From the NCBI GenBank assembly GCA_030390025.1, contig CM059432.1, positions 33,420,001 to 33,484,000 on the forward strand: DNA of 64,000 bases. The letters run 5' to 3'. The position numbers and the translations under genes were made by a program. The notes below the pieces were generated by a model, which saw only the letters and a program-made list of their open reading frames with translations, searched no databases and was not told the DNA's origin. The DNA comes from Squalus acanthias (lineage: Eukaryota). This document shows, piece by piece, positions 23,917 to 33,245 of this stretch (positions within the stretch are counted from its first letter, which is position 1; each line of letters begins with the position of its first letter).

Positions 23917-25989
23917 ATGGAGAGGGTGAGAGAACGCGCTCATTGCTTCACCGAGCGGGCCTTGGATGCTCTGGTTGACGCAGTGGAGCGCAGACGATGC
24001 ATGCTGTTCCCGGAGAGTGGCAGGAGGCCTTTGCCACGCGAGTTCAGAAGAGTGTGGAGGGAGGTGGCTCAGAGCGTCTCCTCCAGGAGCATGGTGCCCA
24101 GGACCCATGTTCAGTGCCGCAAAAAGTTCAACGACCTCACTCGGGTCGTCAGGGTGAGTGGCTTTTTCTCAATATCTCTCCATCCCTCCATCTCAACCTC
24201 ACTCTATGGCCAGAGGGTCTTAAAACCCCAATGCACAACACTCATGCAACACCTATGGCCCTTTCATCAAACACACACACACATTCCACACTTTGCATAC
24301 AGTAAGGGCTATTCACCTATGGGAGGCACATCAGGCAAGACCATGGCTGCATACAGTAAGGGCTATTCACCTATGGGAGGCACATCAGGCAAGACCATGG
24401 CTGCATATTGTAAGGGCTATTCACCTATGGGAGGCACATCAGGCAAGACCATGGCTGCATATTGTAAGGGCTATTCACCTATGGGAGGCACATCAGGCAA
24501 GACCATGGCTGCATATTGTAAGGGCTATTCACCTATGGGAGGCACATCAGGCAAGACCATGGCTGTATATTGACTCAGATGCTGTCCTTTTTCTTGCAGG
24601 CTAAGCTGGCTCATAATCGGAGACAGCAGCAACGGACGGGTGGAGGGCGGCTTCAGCTGCAACCCCTCAGCGATCTGGAGGAGCGCGTCCACAGGATTGT
24701 GGCAAGCCGGGTGATCGGTCCCGTCGCCACCGGAGACGCCGACCCCGTTGTGGACAGCAATGGTAAGGTCATCACCTTTTTGTCCTCTGTCCTTCCACTT
24801 GTCCCTCACAATACCAGCCTTTGACACTTTCAATCCAACTTGCTAACTCGCTGCACTTATTCCTCCCTTACTGCCACCCTGTCCTCACGCTAAAGCCACT
24901 CTTGTACCTCCCTGCTTTCAGATGGTGATTCACCAGCTGAGGAGATGGTCCCTGAAGCTGCCACTGGGAGTGATGCTGCAGCTGAGGAGGAAGAGGAAGC
25001 CGGAGCATCAGTGCCACCCTCTCCCGAGGAAGCCCATGGCCACACTGGGAACACGCCTTCCCCGGAGGGGAGCAGGGGGGAAGGGGCTGATGATGGTGAA
25101 GTTCCAGGACCCAGCGGGCTGCAGCAACGCCATTGGGGGGGGAGGGAAGAACGGGGGAGCAGGGGGGAAGGGGCTGATGATGGTGAAGTTCCAGGACCCA
25201 GCGGGCTGCAGCAACGCCATGGGGGGGGGGAGGGAAGAACGGGAGCCTTCTCCCCAGAGGGAGAGTATGCCAGACACTCCTAATGCAATGGACGCAGAGG
25301 AGGAGCGGCTGATTGCAGAAATGAACAGCCAGGCGGTGGGCATGCACACTGAGCTCATGGGTGCAGTGGGAAGTGTGCCCGAATGCATTGAGGCACTGGC
25401 AAGGAGTGTGGAGCACTTCGCTGTAGCACAGGCGGATGCCACACTAAAGCTTACTGCTGCAATTCAGTCACTGGCTGCCAGGAACCCATCTGAGACTGCT
25501 CTCATGCAGACTCAGATTGAGGCCACGCGAGCACTGACTGCTGCCATCCTCGATGGTTCGTGCACATGTCCCCGGGGCTGTCACCGCGCCGCAGCAGGCC
25601 AGCAATCTGTTCTCCGGCAAATTGCTCCGGATGCTGAAGTGCTGCCCCGTGGGAGTGCCAGTGTGTCGGGCGAGCAGGGAGTTGCTGTCCTCTCTCACGA
25701 TGACAGCATTCCTGCTGCCAACACTGTCACTTCTCCACTGCACTTGCCACCGCCTGTAGGACAGACTGCTGCCGCCCATGCAGAGTTGGTGCAGTCTGCA
25801 GCCGGGCCCTCCAGGCCCAGAAGTGGTCGAGGCCGTCCTTCAGGGGCATCTGCAGTGTCAGGGTCTGACAAGCAGCAGCCTTCCACCAGCCTTGCTGCAG
25901 CCACTGAGGTCCCATTACGGAGGAGCAGTAGGGTTAGAAGGGGGGAAGTGCGCAAGGGAAGGAGATCACCCTCGAAGGGCAAAAAGTAG
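23917..25989 (+). CDS. Harbinger Myb/SANT-like DNA-binding protein; exons 23917-24153, 24600-24762, 24922-25989; one +1 frameshift in the G run at 25221-25230
   Basis: FTERALDALV...VWREVA...RTHVQCRKKFNDL, then AKLAHNRRQQQRTGGG; canonical GT/AG sites with matching phases 0 and 1. Confidence 0.88.
24294..24570. repeat. 54-bp tandem repeat, 5 copies, in Myb intron 1
   Basis: tgcata(ca/tt)gtaagggctattcacctatgggaggcacatcaggcaagaccatggc. Confidence 0.95.
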
Positions 25990-26283
25990 GAGGTGTGCCA
26001 AAATGCTGGTCATTTTTTTATTAAAGGCCGAGGTTCATGGCCCAACTTTTGTTTAGTGTTTTGGACATTATCTCCAGGTTGTGAGAACCAGTTATGTTAT
26101 TGACTGTTTTTTTGTGTTTATTTCTATGAGTTTGTCATGAGGAATTGACACACACAGAGTTTGTACAATAAATAAGTTTCTGTATTCAAAATATACATGG
26201 CTGGTGGTTGGAATTATTGGTGCCTTGGCCGGCTTAGGGGTTGCGTGCTGGGTTGATTCGTGTTTGTAGCACTGGCAGGGGCC

Positions 26284-27444
26284 CTAGAAGCGGCTTGCTA
26301 TTAGTCGTTGACGGACGGCCCTTGCAGTTTGACCATTGTGGGCCGCCCTCCTGCCTTGGTGCTGCTGCTGATCATCGTCCTCGGCCTGTTCCTCCTCTTC
26401 CTCCTCCTCCTCTTGTGGTGCTGCAAGGCCTGGTGGCATTGGCTGCGTCCTGAGGATTGCCATGTTGTGCAACATGCAGCACACCACTACGAATTTGGAA
26501 ACTTGCTCAGGCGAGTACTGCAGGGCTCCTCCGGAATGGTCCAGACAGCGGAATCGTTGTTTGAGCACGCCGATTGTGCGCTCAATAATGTTCCTCGTTG
26601 CTTGTTGGCTTTCCTGGTACCGCAGCTCAGCAGGGGTGTTTGGCGCACGGAGCGGTGTCATCAGCCAGGTGCTCAATGCGTACCCCTTGTCCCCCAGAAG
26701 CCAACCAACTGGCTGATGCGGTGCCTCGAAAATTTCTGCCACAGTACTCTGGCGCAGGATGAAAGCATCGTGGCAGCTGCCCGGATAGTGGGCATTGACA
26801 GCGAGAATCACCTGTCTGTGGTCATAGACCAACTGCACATTCAAGGAATGGAACCCCTTTCTGTTCCGGAACTCCTCTGCATTCTCTCGCGGAGCACGCA
26901 AAGCCACATGCGTGCAGTCAATGGCGCCCTGCACCATGGGGAAGCCCGCTACCCTCGCAAAGCCCATAGCACGGTCATGCTGCTTGTCTGGGGTCATAGG
27001 GAAGGAGATGAAGTCTCGTCTCCTTGTGAAGAGGGCATTGGTGACCTGCCGGATGCAGCGATGCACCGCAAACTGGGAGATATTGGCGAGGTCCCCAACA
27101 GCAGCTTGGAATGAGCCAGTGGCGTAGAAGTTCAAAGCCACTGTGACCTTCACTGCCACCGACAGAGACGTCCTGGACCTCAGCTGAGGCTGCAGATCTG
27201 GCTGCAGCAGGTGGCAGAGCTCAGTGACCACCTCCTTGCTGAATCGCAGCCTTCGCAAACACAGCTCCTCGGACATGTGGATGTAGGAGAGCTGTTCACG
27301 ATATACCCTGGGAGGGTAAGCTCTCCTGTACATGTGCCTGATGGCCCTCCTCCGTCTGGCCATCATTGCCACTCTCTGTCTGCGTCTTGGTATCCTCCGA
27401 TTGAGCTGGAGCAGGACGACGCCCCCAATCATTGCAGCCCCCAT
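26284..27444 (-). CDS. Harbinger DDE transposase (HARBI1-like family), 386 aa, intact
   Basis: GAIDCTHV, RNRKGFHSLNVQ, GSCHDAFIL, LLGDKGY, RNIIERTIGVLKQRFRCL, CCMLHN; no stop or frameshift. Confidence 0.96.
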   Translation of the reverse strand: MGAAMIGGVVLLQLNRRIPRRRQRVAMMARRRRAIRHMYRRAYPPRVYREQLSYIHMSEELCLRRLRFSKEVVTELCHLLQPDLQPQLRSRTSLSVAVKVTVALNFYATGSFQAAVGDLANISQFAVHRCIRQVTNALFTRRRDFISFPMTPDKQHDRAMGFARVAGFPMVQGAIDCTHVALRAPRENAEEFRNRKGFHSLNVQLVYDHRQVILAVNAHYPGSCHDAFILRQSTVAEIFEAPHQPVGWLLGDKGYALSTWLMTPLRAPNTPAELRYQESQQATRNIIERTIGVLKQRFRCLDHSGGALQYSPEQVSKFVVVCCMLHNMAILRTQPMPPGLAAPQEEEEEEEEQAEDDDQQQHQGRRAAHNGQTARAVRQRLIASRF

Positions 27445-27641
27445 ATTCTCTTTGCCAGAAAAGTAATGAGGTACAGCAACGAAAGTAGCAGCAAAGTTAG
27501 GATGAACTAGGCAAAACTACCTCACAAAGCGTTGAGTCAATGTAGAAGTCTCTCTCTCTCTCTCTCCGAATCTCTCTCTCTCTCTCTCAGAACGAGTGGT
27601 GCATAAATGTCGACCACAGAAAAAGACAGGAAGAGGCCCCC

Positions 27642-27787
27642 TTTAAATAGCGCCCCCCCCCAGCCCCACACCGATTGATAACGTTCCAGTCTTCCGGTCG
27701 TTGGAAGCGCCAGGCGGTAAGGCAGGGGGCGCCACTCAATTTCCGCTCCGGGGCGCCCCAAGGGCGTTGCACCACGGAATGACGTCA
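27642..27787 (-). promoter_or_regulatory. Putative transposase promoter: TGACGTCA (27780-27787) and TATTTAAA (27642-27649)
   Basis: Both motifs recur with similar spacing in copies A and D. Confidence 0.55.
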
Positions 27788-28994
27788 CAATCTGCGCGCG
27801 CAGGTGGTCGCAGCGGTAAGTTTTAGCGCCGCCGCACAATCTCAAGTTAAGTTCTCGAGCGGCGCAAACAGCGCTGCGCCCGGGCGTTAGCGCCTTAACG
27901 CCCCATTAGCGCCCATTTAAGGCGCTAACGGGAGGCGCAACCAACTGAATTTTTACCCCTATGAATTTCTCGCCTATGAGGCCTTAAAAATAAGGTAGTG
28001 ACTAATAAATCCAATAAGGAATTTAGGAGAAACTTCTTTACTCAGATACTGGTGAGAATGTGGAACTCGCTACCACATGAATAGCATAGATGCATTTAAG
28101 GGGAAGCGAGATAAGTGCATGTGGGAGAAAGGAATGGAAGGATATGTTGATAGAGTTAGATAAAGTAGGGTGGGGAGGAGGCTCATGTGGAGCATTAACA
28201 CCGGCATAGACCTGTTGGGCTGAATGGCCTGTTTCTGTGCTGTAAAATTCTACGTAATTCTACGTAATTTAGAGTGACACTCCAGAAGAATATAGCACTG
28301 TCAGAGATAACACTGCTTTGGGTGACACATTAAATCGAGGCCCAACCACTGTTTGAAGAAGTTCTCCTGGTATCCTGGCCAAAATCCCTCCCTCAACCAA
28401 AACCATTAAAAGGAAAGATTAACTGGTTGTTCATCTCATTGCCACATACAACATGGCTGCCCCATATGAGTACACAACAACAGTCTCTGCTCTTCAGCAA
28501 TGTTGGGAAGTGCTTTGAGAGACAATTCTGCAAGATGCGAGTCTGCCTTTTCATACAATACGAGCAGTTGACCAGAATCCACAGATTGAAGTGTTGATAC
28601 AGAGGCCAAAGCCCTCACAGTAAATCAACAAGCATCTGGTCCCTGAAAAGACAGACCAGAGAGAGAACATTAAAGCAACTCCTCCACACACAAATCTTAA
28701 GTAATGGTTGGCAAACGCTGGAGGAGTCTCCAGCTCTTTGTTCTTTCCTTTGGCTGCCCTCTCTCTCTGCGACAGTTGTGATATCAGGATCTGTGCTGAG
28801 ACAGCCTGACCCTGCTTAGTAAAGGCATGACTGTTGCTTGGCTTGGCTTTAAGACCAATCATTTTTGAGATCAGGTCAGACCGTTCTCAATGGTTGGCCC
28901 GTGATGCAGATTGGATCTCAAGACTCACATATGGCAAAAAGGATTTTGACATTAACCTTTGAGAGTGGGAATGGTATCTAAAGTCTCAAAGAGT

Positions 28995-29370
28995 ACAGTA
29001 GTATAGCATTTATGTTACTGGACTAATAATCCAGAGAACATGAGTTCAAATCTCACCATGGCAGTCTGAAATTAAGCAGGTGGTATCAGTAATAGTGACC
29101 ATGAAGTTGTTGGGTTGTTGTGAAAGCCCAACTAGTTCAATTTAGGGAAGGATTCCTGCTGTCCTTACCCAGTGTGGTCTGTTTGTGACTCCTGTCCAAC
29201 ACCAAAGTGGTTGACTCTTAACTGCCCACTGAAATGATCTAGCAAGGCAGTCAGTTGCTACAAACCACATGGACTGCAATGGTTCAAAAAGAATGCCCAC
29301 CACCACCTTCTCAGGGCAACTGGGAATGGGCCTTGCCAATGACGCCCACATCCTCAGAATAAATTAAAAA
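28995..29370 (+). mobile_element. tRNA-like SINE of a second family (same as 42460-43075)
   Basis: actggactaataatccagag...gagttcaaatc head; caccaccaccttctc...gacgcccacatcc tail. Confidence 0.65.
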
Positions 29371-29374
29371 AATA

Positions 29375-29815
29375 AAGAACTGCATTTATATAGCAGCTTA
29401 ACACATCTCCAGAGGCAACTCAATGCAATTCACATACAGTAAATTACTTTGAAGCACAGTAACTGTTGTTGTGTAGGCAAACTCACCAGCCATTTTGAAT
29501 ACAGTAAGATCTCATGAATAGCAAAGAGATGAATGGTCAGTTAATCTGTTTTTGATTGAGGGAGGAATGTTGACTAGGAATTGGAAGTACTCCCTACTCT
29601 TCTTCGAGTAGTGAAAAGGGATCTTTAACATTCCATGGGACAGGCAGACATTGCTCTCGGTTTAACACCTCATTCAAAGTAGGACACCTCCGACGATGCA
29701 GTACTCACTCTGTACTACACTGAAGTGTCAGCCTAGATATTATACTCAAGTTTCTGGGATGGGCTCCAATCCACACCCTGTGAGAGGCAAGAGTCTACCA
29801 ATTGAGCCAAACTAA
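29375..29815 (-). mobile_element. Deu-domain SINE
   Basis: Reverse complement of 38690-39147 over its length. Confidence 0.75.
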
Positions 29816-30274
29816 TTTAAGAATATAAGAATGCTTGGGAATAATAAAAAGCCCTCAGGCTCTGTTCCTCACTCCTGCTCCTCCTAGCCCACAAGGAAAG
29901 TGAAAAAAAAAATCTCTTTACCTTTTTGGGCCTCTTCTGGCCTCGGCTCCTCTTCTCGCTAGGTTGGAGTGGCGGGGAATGGCTCTCCCCGCGCAGGCCT
30001 CTGGTTAAAATCGCATTTGGTCCCGATGACACATTCGGAGCCCAATCTGCATATTTAAAGAAGGAACATGCTGGTTTCCAGCAGGTTAAGATTGGAACCT
30101 GCGTGAAGAAAGCGGGCTCAGTGTGGGTAAGTCCCACGGCCCACTTTGACTGCCTGCTGCTCCATAGAGAGTCTCCATTGTCTCAAATTTTCGCATTCTC
30201 ACAGATGAACGATTCACTGGAGAAGACCACCAGGAAAGGTTTGTCAACTTTGTGGAGGGCGACCTGCAGGTCCT

Positions 30275-31345
30275 CCTGGTCAGGAACCTGGGGGGAAGAA
30301 GGCCAGGAACTTGGACAGTGGGGGAGGTGGGGGGAGATGGTCAGGAACTTGGGCAGGAGGAGAAGGTCAGGAACTCGGGGTGGGGGAGAAGGTCAGGAAC
30401 TCGGGGGGGGTGGTGGGGGAGATGGTCAGGAACTTGTGCAGGGGGAGAAGGTCAAGGACTCGAGGGGGAGATGGTCAGGAACTTGGGTAGGGGGAGAAGG
30501 TCAGGAACTCGGGGTGGGAGATGGTCAGGAACTTGGGTAGGGGGAGAAGGTCAGGAACTCGGGGGGGAGATGGTCAGGAACTTGGGGTGGGGGTGGCGGG
30601 GAGAAGGTAAGGAACTTGGGCAGGGGGAGAAGGTCAGGAACTCGGAGGGGGGGTTGCGGTGGTCAGGAACTTGGGCAGGGGGAGAAGGTCAGGAACTCGG
30701 GACGGGGGAGAAGGTCAGGAACTTGGGTGGGTGGAAGGTCAGGAACTTGGGCAGGGGGAGAAGGGCAGGAACTCGGGATGGGGGAGAAGGTCTGGAACTC
30801 GGGGAGGGGGTGGGGGGAGATGGTCAGGAACTTGGCGGGGGGGGAGATGGTCAGGAACTCGGGCAGGGGGAGAAGGTCAGGAACTCGGGACGGGGGAGAA
30901 GGTCAGGAACTCGGTGGGGAGATGGTCAGGAACTTGGGCAGGGGGAGAAGGTCAGGAACTCGGGATGGGAGAGAAGGTAATGAACTCGTGGAGGGGGTGG
31001 GGGGAGATGGTCAGGAACTCGGCGGTGGGGGAGATGGTCAGGAACTTGGGCAGGGGGAGAAGGTCAGGAACTCGGGGCGGGGGTGGCGGGGAGAAGGTCA
31101 GGAACTTGGGTGGGTGGAAGGTCAGGAACTTGGCAGGGGGGAAGGTGAGGAACTTAGGCAGGGAGGGGAGGTCAGAAACTTGTGGGGGGAGGTCAGGAAC
31201 TTGGGCAGGGGGAGAAGGTCAGGAATTTGGCGGGGGGAGGTCAGGAACTTGGCGGGAGGGGAAAGGTCAGAAACCCGGGGGTTGGGAGGAAGGTTAAGAA
31301 CTTGTTGGGGGGGGGCAGGAATTTGTTTGGGGGGTGGGAGAAGGT
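30275..31345. repeat. G-rich minisatellite with (a/t)ggtcaggaact core and variable G-run linkers
   Basis: Roughly 40 recurrences of ggtcaggaact or close variants. Confidence 0.95.
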
Positions 31346-31594
31346 CTTAACTTGCGAGGGTGAGCCCTGTCTGTTCGATGTGAGCTCTGTTCTGTTTGGA
31401 GCTCGAATTACACTTTGCAAAGTACTTGATTACTTAGGCAGGCAGCATCTAATTACACATTCCAGATAAACTGCTGGGTGTGTCTTGTCCTCCAAGGGGA
31501 CCAAACCGAAATCAAGTCTTATCCACCAAGGTGACTAATCAGAAATCTGGTGTCGGAAATAAACGCGACCCAGACAATTTGCACACGGTCAAAA

Positions 31595-33245
31595 AAACAA
31601 GGAGATGCAACACCTGCCCTTTCACCTATTTCCTTCCCACCGTTCAGGGCTGAAAACACTTCATTCAGGTGAAACAGCGATTTACTTGTACTTCTTCCAA
31701 CTTAGTATACTGTATTCGCTGGTCACAATACATCGGGGAGACCAAACGCAGATTCGATGATCGCTTTGCTGAGCACTTCCATTCAGTCAGCAAGCATGAC
31801 CCTGAGCTTCTGGTCGCTTGCCACTTTAATTCTCCATCCCACTCCCAATCGGACTCTCTGTCCTAGGCCTCCTACACTATTCCAATGAAGCTAAACAAAC
31901 AGTCATCGCAAGAATCCTCCTCAATCGCCTTCTCCCAGTGGCTGAAGAGCTCCTCCCAGAGTCGCAATGCGGATTCCGCCCACTAAGGGGCACAATGGAC
32001 ATGATCTTCACCGCGCGTCAAATACAAGAGAATACAGGGAACAGCACCAACCACTGTACATGGCCTTCTTTGACCTCACAAAGGCCTTTGACACTGTCAA
32101 CCATGAGGGATTATGGAGTGTCCTCCTCAAAATCATCTACCCTCAAAAGTTTGTCACCATCCTCCGCCTGCTTCATGATGACATGCAAGCCGTGATCCTG
32201 ACCAACAGATCCACCACAAATCCAATTCACATATGGACCGGGGTCAAGCAAGGCTGTGTCATCGCACCGATGCTCTTCTCGATCTTCCTTGCTGCAATGC
32301 TCCATCTCACCCTCAGTAAGCTCCTTGCTGGAGTGGAGCTAATCTACAGAACAAACGGAAAACTGTTCAACCTTCGTCGTCTCCAGTCCAGATCCAAGGT
32401 CGTCCCATCCTTTGTCATCGAATTACAGTATGCAGACGACGCTTGCGTCTGCGCACACTTGGAGGTCGAACTCCAAACCATCCACCTGCCCCTTCAACCA
32501 CCGTCTGCCCCACCTGTGACAGAGACTGTAGGTCCCGCATTGGACTCATCAGTCACTCATTTTTAATGTGGAAGCAAGTCATCCTCGGTTCCGAGGGACT
32601 GCCTAAGAAGAAGAAAACAAACAACACCACATCTCTCTACTAGGCACTTAACAGCCTTTTGGTCTTAACATTGAGATTAACAACTTTAGATATTAACCAC
32701 CGCACCCATTTTTTCTTGGACAGCGGGCACTGGTAATGGAGGATTGCTACACCAGAGCCACTGGGATTGGAGGAGGTGTGGGCTGGTACATGGAGTGGAG
32801 ATCTACTATCGGTACATGGCCGGCTGGGTAGTCTGTAACTCTGGAGTCTACCTACCTTTCTTCTGCCACTTTCCTGGGCCACAGGAGCCTTCTACGCTTT
32901 GCCAGATTTTTCAAGCCTCCTTCCCACTCTGCTATTCTGCTGTAACCATTTACACCTCATCTGGCCCATATTTTGTTTTTATACTTGTCCCTTTATCACC
33001 ATCTTTTGCCTTTCATCATCATTACTTTTGTCATGTAATCTCTTCTGCCCTCCACACTATCACAGACCATCACATCCTGCTACCCCCCTTCCCCCTCTCC
33101 CACCCCACTCCACCATTACACACACTGTTTCCTTGGTCTGCTATTGCTGTTCATCTCTAACATCTTCCAGTCCTGATGAAAGGGCATCGTCCTGAAACGT
33201 TAACTCTGTTTCTCCCTCCAGATGCTGCCTGACCAGCATTTACTG
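31595..33245 (+). mobile_element. Older Penelope-like 3' fragment (GIY-YIG and terminal repeat) with nested RTE
   Basis: NLVYCIRWSQYIGETKR; ctgatgaaagggcatcgtcctgaaacgttaact hammerhead-like motif near 33173-33205. Confidence 0.8.
31902..32613 (+). mobile_element. RTE LINE fragment with internal deletion at about 32482
   Basis: LPESQCGFR, FFDLTKAFDTV, GVKQGCVIAP, LQYADD; (GAA)n tail; flanking aaacaaaca duplication. Confidence 0.9.

Larger units (their letters stand above)
23560..27959. mobile_element. PIF/Harbinger DNA transposon, near-intact 4.4-kb element (copy C)
   Basis: TIRs ggggtagaaatt / aatttttacccc, TAT TSD (23557-23559, 27960-27962), intact transposase ORF, spliced Myb/SANT gene, CpG-rich. 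Confidence 0.96.
21758..27974. mobile_element. Internally deleted Harbinger (copy B, outer): 21758-23559 plus 27963-27974
   Basis: Degenerate TIRs gggggaaaaattg / gaatttctcgcc; Myb exon 1 remnant (about 22180-22409, MTWLQCSMKLHEL); acidic transposase-tail remnant near 22860-22960. Confidence 0.75.
21540..28270 (+). mobile_element. CR1 3' fragment split by the nested Harbingers (21540-21757 and 27978-28270)
   Basis: RRLRGDLIEVFKI...MFPLVG before the insertion; the matching continuation and CR1 tail after it. Confidence 0.8.

Noticed and set aside
23905..24573. 222-aa ORF with 18-aa repeats as the main product
   Set aside because: A canonical donor at 24154 and acceptor at 24599 join conserved motifs; the repeat is intronic and absent from copies A and D
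24922..25220. N-terminus of the 355-aa ORF (MVIHQL...) as a separate gene
   Set aside because: Its ATG is the first bases after a splice acceptor, and the spliced phase uses another frame up to the G-run frameshift
26284..27444. Host gene HARBI1
   Set aside because: Bounded by TIRs and a TSD, paired with a Myb gene, nested in other repeats and present in several diverged copies; no gene symbol assigned
30275..31345. CRISPR-like look (constant core, variable linkers) and long Gly-rich ORFs 29926-31350
   Set aside because: The core is only about 12 bp, the linkers are related G-runs rather than unique spacers, there are no cas genes and the context is eukaryotic; the ORFs are by-products of a stop-poor repeat
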